A stretch of 63,072 bases of DNA, filler included, from Octopus bimaculoides (Eukaryota): NCBI RefSeq assembly GCF_001194135.2. It is 9 parts of 8 records of this genome, joined end to end, with 100 filler letters (N's around TTAATTAATTAA, not from the genome) between each part and the next. Parts side by side here need not be neighbours in the genome. Positions count along the whole stretch, not along the records: positions 1 to 15,466 come from NC_068982.1; 8 more parts are not named here. One strand, given 5' to 3'. The translations under genes were made by a program, and so were the position numbers. Below the pieces are notes generated by a model. It did not search any database and was not told the origin of the DNA. It saw only the letters and a list, made by a program, of their open reading frames with translations. Below, in pieces: positions 1-13,183 of the stretch (positions are counted from its first letter, which is position 1; the number at the start of each line of letters is the position of its first letter).

Positions 1-346
1 ATCTATTGTTTTCATAATCGGTCATAATGTCTTACGTTTAAGATGATTCCCATGCTTTCCCTGATGAGAAGGTTACAATTTTTTATATCAAAGATCCCTA
101 TGGATCACACAGGTTGTAATCCTTTGAAACATATGTAGGAATAAAGTATGCAATTATAACATGCGTTTTCTCCGATCCTTAAATTCTTAAATATACTCAA
201 ATACCCAAAATTTCAAGGAGTTCCTGCCTTAAAAACAGGAGCTAACCACAGTTATTTTGCGTTCTTTGCTACATTGGTTTCTATTAACCCATTTATTCTA
301 TCAGAAGAATTTTTATTCATTAAGATAGAAGAAATACACATAATTA
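1..346 (+). mobile_element. Hammerhead-bearing repeat (family H1), 3' part, ending at a (TA)n tract
   Basis: Contains the hammerhead at 57-141. Bases ~270-350 recur in reverse complement, nearly identical, at ~56197-56277, again abutting (TA)n. Confidence 0.7.
57..141 (+). ncRNA. Type I hammerhead ribozyme-like motif with intact core
   Basis: Stem I TTCC(57-60)/GGAA(138-141). Core CTGATGA 61-67. Stem II ~14 bp (68-81 with 111-125) carrying an inner hairpin GATCC-CTAT-GGATC. GAAA 126-129. Palindromic stem III CATATG 130-135. GUA cleavage triplet ending at 137. Confidence 0.8.
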
Positions 347-1337
347 TATATATATATATAAATGATGGCTGGTAAAGCCATTGTGCTTTGTGTTATCTAA
401 ATTACATAGCTTAGGACTTACCATAGAATATCTTATGGTATTTGTTCTAATACGTAGCGTTTTCAGTTCGAATCCCACCGTGACCAATTTTCGTCTTCAT
501 TCTTTCGAGATTGATAAAAACAAATTACCAATCCACGACAGTGGGTTGGTGAAACTATAAAAAATATCTGACCAAATGCTTTGCAGTATTTGTTCCAGAT
601 TTTTGCATTCGGAGTTCAAGCTCTGTTGTAGCCTGTTTGGGAGGCAAAGGTAATCTGTTACCGTTGAACACGCCACAGTTGGTTCGTTATGTATCTTTAA
701 CAGAAGGTCGCTTTGTTGCAAAGTGTTTCATCGAGGTTTTCAGTTTTTCAAATAGATACCCACTTTTCTCTTTCCGTTACGAAGGACCAAGGATATTAAC
801 TACTTTACCTCCTAACTAAAACATTACAAAAATATTCCTTCTATTAAATAGATGGACATTTGTTAATTGCGTGGTATATTTCATCCTATATTCTTGTACT
901 ATATCCGAATTTAGGATAGCCAGACATTTGACAACTACAGTATATGGGCGGGTGGTGATGGACTAGGAAATATAATTGATTTTTCTTCAGAAAGCAATAA
1001 CATACATCAAACAAATCCTGTTTTGTTCAAATGAAGGCAAAAACAGAAATAAAAGAACAATTTCAATATGGCAAATAATGTATTTTTATTTGTTTTTGTT
1101 TTGTTTTTATCCTTTTTGCGTTTGAGAATTCAATCGACGGTGAGTTGGTTTCTAAACATGTCTGAGAGTATTTCATTTCATTTCTTTTTTATTCTTATAT
1201 TTTCATTAGTTTCCATATAGGTTTCACGCGTGTATTCCTTTCGCTGTTTTCTCAAATCATAGTTGAAACTATAAATTAAGTAAATATTAATTTCACTCTC
1301 ACATACGCACAATTGCAAATGGACATATACAACACAA

Positions 1338-1379
<42 letters not shown>

Positions 1380-2101
1380 AAACACACATATATATATTCG
1401 TATATACATATATATACACATCTATTTATATAGATGTATGTATGCATGTATGTATGTATATAAATATATATATAAATATATATGTATATATAAATCAGTG
1501 TGCGTGTGGGTGTATGTGTGTTCACACGTGAATGTATACTCCTCATGTTATATATTATACATAAGTATATACATGTGTGTGTGGGGGGGTGTATACACAC
1601 ATACACACAAATTTACGGTTTCGTAATCATGCACGCCACGCGCACATACATACAGAAAGGTGCATAAATGCATTTTGTGAGTATGCACAAGGGGTGTGTG
1701 TGTGTGTATGTATGTGTGAGTGTATGTGTGTGCGTGTGCGTCTGTGTTGGCGTGAGCACATGAATGTGGAATGCATGTCACAGTGATTAATTATTCACTT
1801 ATTGAAAGCTCTAGCTTCACCTTGTCGTGGCATATGCTTTACGCCAGTTGGTGTCCATCAACCATGAAACTAGGCCACGTTATGAAAATTCATTATTCAG
1901 TAAATATGTATCCGTGCGCGCGCGCCAAGGTATCGCTTAGTGGCAAGAATAATGGCCTCAGAATAAAACAAAATCATGGATTCGGTTTCTGGATCCGGTA
2001 TCATGTCAAATCCTTTAAGTAAGCATTTGTTTTCACGTTGCTCCAGACTTAGTCAGCTGCGAATTAGACCTTCATTTACTTAGTACAGGGGAAGTTCGCA
2101 T

Positions 2102-2144
2102 TTCCTACAGCTGTTTCACATTCGGTAATCTGTTGGATCAGGAA
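2102..2144 (-). ncRNA. Degenerate hammerhead-like motif
   Basis: Minus strand reads TTC-CTGATCC-...-GAAA-CAGCTG-TA-GGAA. The 3' half is intact but G8/A9 of the core are mutated. Confidence 0.4.
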
Positions 2145-2274
2145 TTGGAAGCTCGTGAGGGTTTCTTTGCTCTCAACTATATAGGCTCTTAAAACAACTA
2201 GCGAAAACGTTGTACAACCTTCCACGCCATACTTGGTTGAAACTGTCGGCTAAGAATGTGTAGTTATCTCTCTC

Positions 2275-2715
2275 TTAGCCCTTAGTCCCTAAAATGCCGT
2301 CGGCATAACAGGCAACGAGCCTGCTCCAACCATCTCGATTGTTCGATTTCCTCTCAGCTCCACCCAGACAGACTTCCATCGTTTTCATGTCGTCTTGTAA
2401 CAAGAGGCACCATGTTTTCCTTGGTCGACTACTCGGTCTTTTTTGTCCTTCCTGCGCCCACTCCATCACAATGGTAGCCCGTCTCATCTACGCTAATTGA
2501 AGGACATGGTCAGTAAACCAATTTCGCCGTTTAGTCACCAAGTCCTGCAAACCTCCCATGCGATATCTTCTCAGCACCTCTTCGTTTCTTATTGTATCCC
2601 AGTCGGAGATGCCCAGGATTTAATGTAGACATCGTCGATTGGTTACGTCCAGCAATTTAGAGATCTTGTTTTACATGCGTAGATGGCTTTTGATATAACA
2701 AGAAATCAATATAAC
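2275..2715 (-). mobile_element. RTE-clade LINE ORF2 C-terminal fragment (decayed)
   Basis: Frameshifted translation LLDVTNRRCL..ILGISDWDTIRNEEVLRR...GQKRPSSRPRKTW...NRDGWSRLV matches the RTE C-terminal pattern (RRCLR-IL-I-W-D-I-NEEVL; G-R-RGRP-K-W; DR--WR). Confidence 0.8.
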
Positions 2716-2814
2716 TGCAGCTTACTAATGGTTTTCGATCTCCGTATTAGACGAAGGTGTGGGAATACTGTCGTTGCTTTACTATTCCAAGTCATGGCTT
2801 GATTGTGCATATGT

Positions 2815-2868
<54 letters not shown>

Positions 2869-3386
2869 GCGTGTGTATGTGTGTGTATGTGTGTATGTGC
2901 GTTTGCGTATGCTTGGCCGTGTATGTGTGTATCTAAGAATTAGGGAAAAAAAGGAAAAATGATTAAATGGTTTTGTCTCATATATTGATAATATTAAACG
3001 AACTGCTCGTACTAATGCACTGAGCTGAACATTTTTTCCGGCTTTTTACGTTCCAAGTTCAATATCCACCGAGGTCGACTTTGTTTGTTCATCAATTTGG
3101 GATCGATAAAATAAAGTGGAGCCGACGTAATCGACTTAACACTTCCCACTAAAGTTGTTAGCTTTGTGCCAAGGAGTATACATTATGCAAGGAGTATGCA
3201 CGTTCAGATTACACTATTCCTCGAAAGCATGGGATTGTCGAAGTTGAGAAGCCTATGACTGCCCGATGACGGCTGAGTTGGTGGTTAAACAACAATAACA
3301 ACAAGTAACTGTTGAAAATAGGTGTAGGCGCCTGCACTGTGTTTTTCTATATACAACATCTAGTGCATATATCACACGTGCGATTG

Positions 3387-3421
<35 letters not shown>

Positions 3422-3426
<5 letters not shown>

Positions 3427-3495
3427 AGAATTTACAAAAAATAAAAGATGAAGACAGGTGGTGTAGAAAATAAACAGATGTAATAGTATAACGCT
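3422..3495 (-). mobile_element. Family F short repeat (Penelope-terminal-like), truncated before its hammerhead-like part
   Basis: gggagaatttac...gaagacaggtggtgtag...tataacgctc matches the copies at 11826-11986 and 33007-33175. It abuts (TA)n. Confidence 0.7.
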
Positions 3496-3687
3496 CATAC
3501 ACACACATGCTCACATACACACACATACACATACGCACACACACATACGCACGCACGCATGCACAATCAAGCTATGAGCAGGAATGATAAAGCAACNNNN
3601 NNNNNNNNNNNNNNNNNNNNNNNNNNNNNNNNNNNNNNNNNNNNNNNNNNNATATATATATATACATATATATACATATATATATAC

Positions 3688-3718
<31 letters not shown>

Positions 3719-4950
3719 CATACCTATATACATACATACATACATACATACATACATACACGTACATACACATGCACATACGTATGTATGTACGTTCGTA
3801 TGTGTGTATGTATGTATGTATGTATGTATGTATGTATGTATGTACGTGTATGCATGTATGTATGTGCATATATGCCGGTATGTATAATATGTATAAAGTA
3901 TATACAAACGGGGAATGGCATTAGTTGTAACGTTTTGTCTCAGAGTAACTTTTCAAAGAAACTTCTGTGTTACAAAACACAGATCTCGCTCAAATTGACG
4001 GTAGATCAGCAGCCATGATGTTTCGACCTAATTTGATTTCTTGAACGAAGCCGAAAAATGATATGGAAATCATTAGGAAAAGCATTTATGACATTTATGA
4101 GAGTGGTTTTGCTAGCCAGGGTTGAATTATATTAATACGCACACTTGAAGGTGCATTAAATTAAAATACCGATCGGTATTTACAGCCATGGTATGTGTAT
4201 ATATGCGTTTGTACATATAACGTATATGCCTTTGAACTTCTGCGTGTGCATTTGAATGTAAGTGAATTTACGTGTTATTATTAAACTCAACGTCTGCCCT
4301 CATTGGACTGACTTATAATAAAAGTTATCCACGAGGGACTATTTTCATCTCTTTTTTATATGATCTATACAACATATCTCTTCTTTTGCGAAGACGACAG
4401 ACTATGATTTGGAGTAATTTTATTCTATTTCTAGTCGGTTGAAAAGCACATAGAGATTCCTTCTTGGCTTAAAATCACTGTCTAAATATGGATACACTTT
4501 AACCTGAAGAGCAGATTTATGGTTAAAAGCGTCCCAAATTTTACCTGCCTTCATATCAGAGACTACATTTTTCTGTATACACGCTCTAAACCTGTCTGTA
4601 TTTATCTGCCTTTCTACTTCATTCTCTATCCATCTATCTATCTATCTATCTATATCTATCCATATATATNNNNNNNNNNNNNNNNNNNNNNNNNNNNNNN
4701 NNNNNNNNNNNNNNNNNNNNNNNNNNNNNNNNNNNNNNNNNNNNNNNNNNNNNNNNNNNNNNNNNNNNNNNNNNNNNNNNNNNNNNNNNNNNNNNNNNNN
4801 NNNNNNNNNNNNNNNNNNNNNNNNNNNNNNNNNNNNNNNNNNNNNNNNNNNNNNNNNNNNNNNNNNNNNNNNNNNNNNNNNNNNNNNNNNNNNNNNNNNN
4901 NNNNNNNNNNNNNNNNNNNNNNNNNNNNNNNNNNNNNNNNNNNNNNAAGC

Positions 4951-4987
<37 letters not shown>

Positions 4988-5180
4988 CAGATATATATGC
5001 ATGTTTGTGCGTATGTGTATGTATGTGTGTAAGGTTCACTTTTTGCTCAGGAAATGTTGCAGTTATTTCTAATCGATTAAATCATGTAGGGACACCGTCA
5101 TTGGCACACATGTATTATTGATGTATGTCTAGGTGTGAGTGTGCGAACGTATGCGCGAATACTAACACACACTATAATAC

Positions 5181-5416
5181 CTTTACTACAATCTCTCTCT
5201 GCGGTCCCTGTATGGAAGTAAACACTCTTAATTGAGGTTGCCAGGTCAAGATAGTGCAAATTGGTATATTTAGAAAAGGTGTCATAGCAACGGTTTTCAT
5301 GACAACTGTGTCATAGACAGCGATCGATTGATTTGGCAAAAGTGTTATTTTGGGGAACATTCCGTTAAAGGGATTTTTCTCTTCATTGCGAATCATGATG
5401 TGGCGTACGTATATGT
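5181..5416 (-). CDS. Candidate internal exon, unknown product
   Basis: tatccag| acceptor, 78 open non-repetitive codons (IYVRHIMIRNEEKNPFNGMFPK...QREIVVK), AAG|gtatta donor. No recognisable homology. Confidence 0.25.
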
Positions 5417-5700
5417 CTGGATATATGTGCATAAGACTGTGTGCACGCGCATTTACACATAGACCCCAACCCCACGCCCGCACAAATACATATATAATGT
5501 GTGTGTGTGTGTATATATATATATACATACAAGAGAGAGAGAGAGAGAGAGATATCAAATTGTTTACAAATATATCTCTTAATATGGATTGATACGAAGT
5601 TATAGATGTATGCATCGAATGCCCTGAGGTAAAAATTCAATTGACTGTAATTATTCACTTCCTAGGAGAAAGAAAACAATAAAAAAAAGAGCAATAATTA

Positions 5701-6309
5701 CTCTTTTACTTGTTTCAGCCATTTTGACTGCGGCCATGCTGGAGCACCGCCTTTAGTCGAGATAATCGACCCCAGGACTTATTCTTTGTAAGCCTAGTAC
5801 TTATTCTGTCGGCACTTTGGCTGAACCGCTAAGTTACGGGGACGTAAACACAGCACACATCGGTTGTCAAGCGATGTTGGGGGTGGGGGGCACACACAAA
5901 CATATACACACACATACATATATATATATATGTATATATATANNNNNNNNNNNNNNNNNNNNNNNNNNNNNNNNNNNNNNNNNNNNNNNNNNNNNNNNNN
6001 NNNNNNNNNNNNNNNNNNNNNNNNNNNNNNNNNNNNNNNNNNNNNNNNNNNNNNNNNNNNNNNNNNNNNNNNNNNNNNNNNNNNNNNNNNNNNACGCCCG
6101 CACAAATACATATATAATGTGTGTGTGTGTGTATATATATATATACGACGGGCTTCTTTCAGTTTCCGTCTACCAAATCCACTCACAAGGTTTTGGTCGG
6201 CCCGAGGCTATAGTAGAAGACACTTGCCCAAGGTGCCACGCAGTGTGACTGAACCCGGAACCATGTGGTTGGCAAGCAAGCTACTTACCACACGGCCACT
6301 CATGCGCCT
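5701..6309 (-). mobile_element. SINE family A (tRNA-like head, CORE-like segment, internal TA/TG tract, ...gactgaaacaagtaaaagag tail)
   Basis: Reverse complement of the family sequence seen at 53264-53520 and 16812-17168. Contains an N gap. Confidence 0.9.
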
Positions 6310-6905
6310 AAAAAGGGCAAAGTCGACCTCGGCGGAATTTGAACTCAGAACGTAACACCGAACGAAATACCGCTAAGCATTTCGTCCGGCGTGCTAACGT
6401 TTCTGCCGAAAAAAGCAAAAGGGTGATAAACACATGAAATTAAATAATAGTGAATGCACTTTCTTACAGAAAAATCCACTCTTCTGTGGCAAACAAAGAA
6501 TAACTATGAACATATTTTAGTTTTATCAAACTCCAGCAACAAAGTATAGTTTATTGAAGTCTGTTGTCATTGAATGGTATTACATATAGTATGAAAATTG
6601 CAAAACATTTAAGCCTTTGTAATTTACATGCTCAAATAATGTATGCTAACGAATTGCATCAATTTAGATAATACGTGACGATATGGACGAGTACACAAAA
6701 TATTCTGCTATCAAAATGTCTGTCTTAGCGAAAGTATAAAAAAAGCCTAACTGAACCAAACTGTGGACTTAATTCCTAACGTCATTAGAATAATCTCCCC
6801 TTCTCTTTGAGCATCACTCACAGTTACTGTAGTTTTCTATGTACACACCACAACTTATTTATCTAATTCGATACCATAGCGCACTTGTAGTATTCTTATT
6901 AACCG

Positions 6906-6947
<42 letters not shown>

Positions 6948-7171
6948 GCAATGTTTGTGATCATATATTCTCTATTCCTTTAATTATGAAAATTATCGAG
7001 GCGAAAAATACATGTAAATCCAGTTCTAATCGTAAAAATCTATTGTCATTTAATAAAAGCCAGCCTGCGTGTGTGTCTATTTCCCGCTTTACCTCACTAC
7101 CCACCAAAACTCCTGTGTTTTCAATTACCTATTTAACTGTTTTTCTCTTTATTTATCGATCTAGCTAGCTT

Positions 7172-7207
<36 letters not shown>

Positions 7208-8295
7208 CCAATGAATTCATGTATGTATCTATCTACCTATCAATCTGTCTATTTCCCTACCTTTTTGTGTGTATGTCTAGCTAATTATATTTTATACAAA
7301 GGGATTTAAGATGTGAAAATGCGATAAATGGTTATATATAGATACACTCAAAAGAAAATCCTATAGTTGGTCGTAAAGCTGAAATACTATATCACACCTC
7401 ATCGTCTTTAACAATTAGGAAATGTCGATACATTTTAGATCATGTAATTCCTCGATAATCATGAAAAGATGGGATTGGTCAAAAATTAGATTCGCTTCAA
7501 TTTGAAAGAGAACAATTTTGGATTAAATCAAAAATAGATACACGCTAGGTGCGCGTGTGTGTATGCGTGTGTGATGCGCACTGTGTGCATGCGCGCGCGT
7601 GTGTTTGCGCGTGTATGTATGTGTGTGCGTGCGAGCGTGTGTGTATGTACGTATGTTTTGTATGCATGTGTTTGTGTGTGCGTGCCTGCTTGCATGCGTG
7701 TGTGTGTGTCTGTGTTCGCTAAAGTTATTTAACTGCGATTTGGATCTTCAAAATCACTTGTGGAATGTCTTTCCAATTCTTGTGCAAATATCTAATCACA
7801 TGGTTTTAGTGTATGTTATTTTTTTTCCTTTATTTATTTACTTCAGCTATTGACTGCAGAGGTGGTAAGGCACTGCCTTGGATGGTTTAGTCAATCATTC
7901 TATCAATTTCTTTTTCATTGAACCTACGAGTAGGTAAACTGGTGTTTACATCTCCAAAACTTAGCTGTATAGTAAAAAGACACAGCCAATACCGGTTGTT
8001 AGGCGGTGTGAGACTGCATAAAGACGCAATTGAACGCGCGCACAGGCATATGTACCCTCATGTCTGTATATGTATGATTGTTTGTTTGTATGTATGTATC
8101 TATTGGTGCATCTATTTGTTTATTTATCTATCTATCTATCCGTCTATCTATCTATCCATCTCTCTATTTATATATCTAAGAGCTTTTCAACTCAATATTT
8201 ACGTATTATTTGTAGATGTATGTGCTTCGAGATTCACTGTTTCAAAGAATATGTATTTCACGTTCTCTCGAGGATATATGAACCCTTATAACCTC

Positions 8296-8331
<36 letters not shown>

Positions 8332-8366
8332 AATGAATGAATAACAACAGATGGATGATGTGTCAA

Positions 8367-8447
8367 TTCACTACAGCTGTTTCCAACGAATTTTAATTGA
8401 TTAATGGAGACATTACATCATTAGAAAAACCGTTTTCATCAGATGAA
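8367..8447 (-). ncRNA. Type I hammerhead ribozyme-like motif with intact core
   Basis: Minus strand: TTCAT-CTGATGA(8442-8436)-A-AACG...long hairpin...CGTT-G-GAAA(8383-8380)-CAGCTG-TA-GTGAA. 5-bp stem I, palindromic stem III, GUA site. Confidence 0.75.
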
Positions 8448-8959
8448 ATCCTGAAACATAACATTTTAAAACATTTAAAATCCAAGATATATATAAAACA
8501 CACACACACATATATATGTGTGTATGTATGTATGTATTTATGTATGTATGTATGTATAATTTATAAACTTTTAGGAGAGCGCTACATAATCCTTTTTTTG
8601 GATCAGTGGATCTCGAAGCACATAAATTTGTAAATAATTTGTAAATACTTAGTTGAAAAGCCTTTTTTAAACAGAAAATGTCGAAGGCCGCAGCCATTGT
8701 TCCAAAATGGGNNNNNNNNNNNNNNNNNNNNNNNNNNNNNNNNNNNNNNNNNCAGTGTGCGTTCCTGCCTGTATGTGCGTATATGTATGTGTGCGTGCCT
8801 ATGTGTGTATCTGCGTGTCTGTGTGCGCGGCGCGTGTGCATGCGTGTACGTGCGTGAGCGTGTGAGAGGGTGCATAGCTTAGTGCTTAAGGCGTTGCACT
8901 CCCAATCGCGTGATCGCGGTTTCAATTCCAGCTGCCATGATCGACCGTTAGCCACTAAA

Positions 8960-9104
8960 GCTTTTTTTATTCTCTCTCTCTGTTTATTTTCTCGTGTTCC
9001 TTTCTGTTGAAGAGCGTAGGCTCGAATCGTAAAAACTTTCTCATCTTCCCGAGCGTTTGTTATTTATACACCTGTCTTTGTCTCTTGTTTTCTTTATAAA
9101 TTCC

Positions 9105-9107
<3 letters not shown>
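8960..9107 (+). mobile_element. Family F short repeat with degenerate hammerhead-like core
   Basis: CTGTTGA-A-GAGCGTAGGCTC-GAAT-CGT at 9004-9030. Ends at (TA)n. Confidence 0.7.
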
Positions 9108-9161
<54 letters not shown>

Positions 9162-9886
9162 TAATTACATATATATATATGCATGTATGTATGTATGTAT
9201 GTATGTATGTATATATGTATGTATGTATGAATGTACATTGGCATGAACGCCGTATTTCATTTGGCAGCCATAATATACTACTAAGCATATAAATCCATTT
9301 TGTGTCCCATTTTTGTGTTAGCAGTGTGATTCAATCACTTATAAGTCATATCTACTATAAAACTTAGCCCCAACACTGAACGTTGCGTTTCGGATACGAA
9401 TGCGTCTATGTAAACAATACGATCGAAGATAGACAATAATAAAGTAATTGGTGTATATGCATAATTCAGGAGTTATTGCTCCCTCTCTTCACTACATCCA
9501 GCCCATTGACCATCCACATTGCGGAAATAGTCACTATGTTTAGGGCTGTAACATTATTGGATAGACCAATTTACATATTAAGCACATTCCTGGCAAGTGC
9601 TATGTATATATTAATTGCTGGTAGGGACAACGTATTTCATTTTCCATTTATAATATAATACAAATTTATTAAAGGCTTATAAATCGATACTGCGTCCTAC
9701 TTTTTTTATGTTAGCATAGATATATATATAATGAAATGAATACCAGCTGAGCACTGGGGTCGATATAATCGACTTACACCCTCTCCAAAATTAATGGCTT
9801 GTGCCAAAATGGGAAATGGTTATCACAATTATATGATCATAAGCAATTCCCCACCACACAGCTTAAATTTACTTAGCTTATCTTAT

Positions 9887-10345
9887 AGGCGCAGGCGTGG
9901 CTATGTGGTAAGACGTTTGCTTTCCAACTATATGGTCCCAGGTTCTGTCCCACTGAGAGGCATCTTGGGAAAATATCTTCAAATATAGCTTTGGGCCGAC
10001 CGAAGCCTTCTAAGTGGATATGGTAGACAGAAACTGAAAAAAGCCTGTCTTGTATACATATGCACGAAATTCTCGGTTCTTGAGTCACTCCGCTGCATCT
10101 GCTAAATATTAAAAAAAAGAATATATATATGCCTGTACAGTATACTTATATGCGCGCGCGAATGTGTATCCTACACTACCGCTTGACACTCGGTGCTGAT
10201 GTGTTTACGTACCCGCAACTTAGCAGTTCGGCAATGCGGCTGATAGAATAAGTACTAAACTTAAAAGAAAATCACGAAGATACCTTCGACCAAAATTCTT
10301 CAAGGCGGTGCCCTACTGTGCTCTTAGTCTGATGAATGAAACAAC
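9887..10345 (+). mobile_element. SINE family A, diverged
   Basis: aggcgcaggcgtggctatgtggtaag head through the ...gatagaataagtac...ggcggtgcc tail. Confidence 0.85.
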
Positions 10346-10520
10346 CAAAAGGTAAGAAAATGTGCGTGTGTGTGTGTGTGTATAGTGTGTGTCTGTATGT
10401 ATGTGTGTGTGTTAACGCGCGCGCGTCTGTGTGTACTCTTATATAAATATGTTTCCATAGATAAATTTATAGACATAGGAAAGAATACACATGAGAAGAT
10501 GAGAGGAGAGACAAGAGAGG

Positions 10521-10578
<58 letters not shown>

Positions 10579-10734
10579 TAGANNNNNNNNNNNNNNNNNN
10601 NNNNNNNNNNNNNNNNNNNNNNNNNNNNNNNNNNNNNNNNNNNNNNNNNNNNNNNNNNNNNNNNNNNNNNNNNNNNNNNNNNNNNNNNNNNNNNNNNNNN
10701 NNNNNNNNNNNNNNNNNNNNNNNNNNNNNNNNNA

Positions 10735-10753
10735 GACAGACAGACAGATAGAC

Positions 10754-10831
<78 letters not shown>

Positions 10832-10832
10832 G
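10735..10832. repeat. (TAGA)n/(CAGA)n microsatellite
   Basis: Direct reading of the sequence. Confidence 0.95.
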
Positions 10833-11391
10833 TAGATGTTTGTGAGTCGTATATGTACCGCGTTCAGACACATGCGTTTATCATCCAGGTACTTCTGTAC
10901 TCACATTCATATCCCCTTATATTTATATCAATCCATCTCTGACTCTGAACTGTTCAATCAAATGAAATAATTTTAATAATGCACGATATATGGACACGTG
11001 TTGAAGCAACGTGTTGCAATAAAACTTGAAGAAACGGATCAACTTAAATACCACTACTTCATTTGTAATTCACCCTTCTACTAGGGTATTATTGGCATTT
11101 GAATAACTGTTCCTGAATCATACAGCCTGCTTGCAAGAACATCTATGTAGAGTGAAAATTAGAATTGGCTGGTTTTCATTGATATTCTAAATATTGTGCC
11201 AATATAGAGAATAAAATGAAGGAAGATAGTAGTTGACGGAGTGAAGATATTTATGTAATGCAGTCAAAACTACTCTGGAAATATCCCAAAATATCGACAT
11301 GTTATTGTCTTTAATACATTGGCTCATTCAGTCTCGTGACGAATTATCCAATTACATATCTGCATGTACAAACCAAGCCTAAAATGTCATT

Positions 11392-11422
<31 letters not shown>

Positions 11423-11532
11423 NNNNNNNNNNNNNNNNNNNNNNNNNNNNNNNNNNNNNNNNNNNNNNNNNNNNNNNNNNNNNNNNNNNNNNNNNNNNNN
11501 NNNNNNNNNNNNNNNNNNNNNNNNNGTATGAA

Positions 11533-11601
<69 letters not shown>

Positions 11602-11825
11602 GTGTGTGTACGGACATAGGTATATCTATTTGTATGTTTATATAGTTCGGATATCAAGCCTACAAAGTACTTAATGGCTTTATAATTTAAAACACGTGGT
11701 ATGTGTGCATGCGTATACAACTATATAGCCACACACGTACACACGCATGTATATAAAAGTATGTATGTATGTATGTATATACATGTGTATCATACGAATG
11801 TGTGCGGGAGTTTACATATATATAT

Positions 11826-11986
11826 GTATTCTTTCTCCTTGTTTTTCTCCTTATTTCTTTCTGTTGAAGAGTGTAGCTCGAAACGTTAAAGACTTTCTCT
11901 ATTCCCGAGCGTTAAACTAATACATCCTTTTGTTGTTTACACCACCTGTCCTCGTCTGTTGTTGTTTTTTTTTCGTAAATTCTCCC
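11826..11986 (+). mobile_element. Family F short repeat with minimal hammerhead-like motif (11856-11892)
   Basis: TCTTT-CTGTTGA-A-GAGT-GTA-GCTC-GAAA-CG-TT-AAAGA, then ~95 nt, then (TA)n. Confidence 0.75.
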
Positions 11987-11991
11987 ATATA

Positions 11992-12037
<46 letters not shown>

Positions 12038-12536
12038 GACCACAATAATTTAATCCGTTTGGTTCTTCGTAGATCGAGAAGAAGCACGCGTAAACCATTA
12101 ACCACTCCACATAGAACAAAAGCGAACACATACGAGGTACTATATCGATACGCTGACATAGTGTTAAATTGTGAAATCTTATTTATTTTTTGTAGGACAT
12201 CAGACAAAACACCAACCACTCCAGTAAGTGTATATCCGTCGAATCATATATATATATCTTCTAAATTTGTTTATGGGGAACGTTTTGAATATGCAGATAA
12301 AGCTCCTATTTCATGTTGCCGGCCACAGTCTAATGATATTGACTAGTGAGCCAGTTTTTTCGGGGTTGCATCAAGTTGTATCGGTATAATGTAGGATAAA
12401 TATAGTAATAATAACAATAATCCTTGGATGGAATTTTTAAACGTTTAATACATCGCTACGCGTGTTTCCACAAATCACAGAGCTCTTAAGATCGTAGTCC
12501 GTATTCTTGGGATGCGTAGCATCCGTGGGAATCCGG

Positions 12537-12780
12537 TTATTCTTTTACTTGTTTCAGTCATCAGCCTGTGGCCATGGTGGGGCACCACCTTGAAGAATTT
12601 TAGTCCATCGAATCGCCCGCATTATTAATTTTTTAAAACTTTTTTTAAAGCCTATTATTTATTCTATCTGTTCTGTTGCCGAACTGCTTGGTTACGGAGA
12701 TTTAAACATCCCAGCTATTATTGTCAAATGTGGGTGGGAGTGCGCACAAACAGAGACACAGACCGACATACACACACAAA
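12537..12780 (-). mobile_element. SINE family A, 3' half
   Basis: cttttacttgtttcagtc...ggccatggtggggcaccacc matches the family tail in reverse. Confidence 0.75.
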
Positions 12781-12825
12781 CATACACACATATATACACA
12801 CAAACACACACACACACACATACAT

Positions 12826-12865
<40 letters not shown>

Positions 12866-13124
12866 NNNNNNNNNNNNNNNNNNNNNNNNNNNNNNNNNNN
12901 NNNNNNNNNNNNNNNNNNNNNNNNNNNNNNNNNNNNNNNNNNNNNNNNNNNNNNNNNNNNNNNNNNNNNNNNNNNNNNNNNNNNNNNNNNNNNNNNNNNN
13001 NNNNNNNNNNNNNNNNNNNNNNNNNNNNNNNNNNNNNNNNNNNNNNNNNNNNNNNNNNNNNNNNNNNNNNNNNNNNNNNNNNNNNNNNNNNNNNNNNNNN
13101 NNNNNNNNNNNNNNNNNNNNNNNN

Positions 13125-13183
<59 letters not shown>

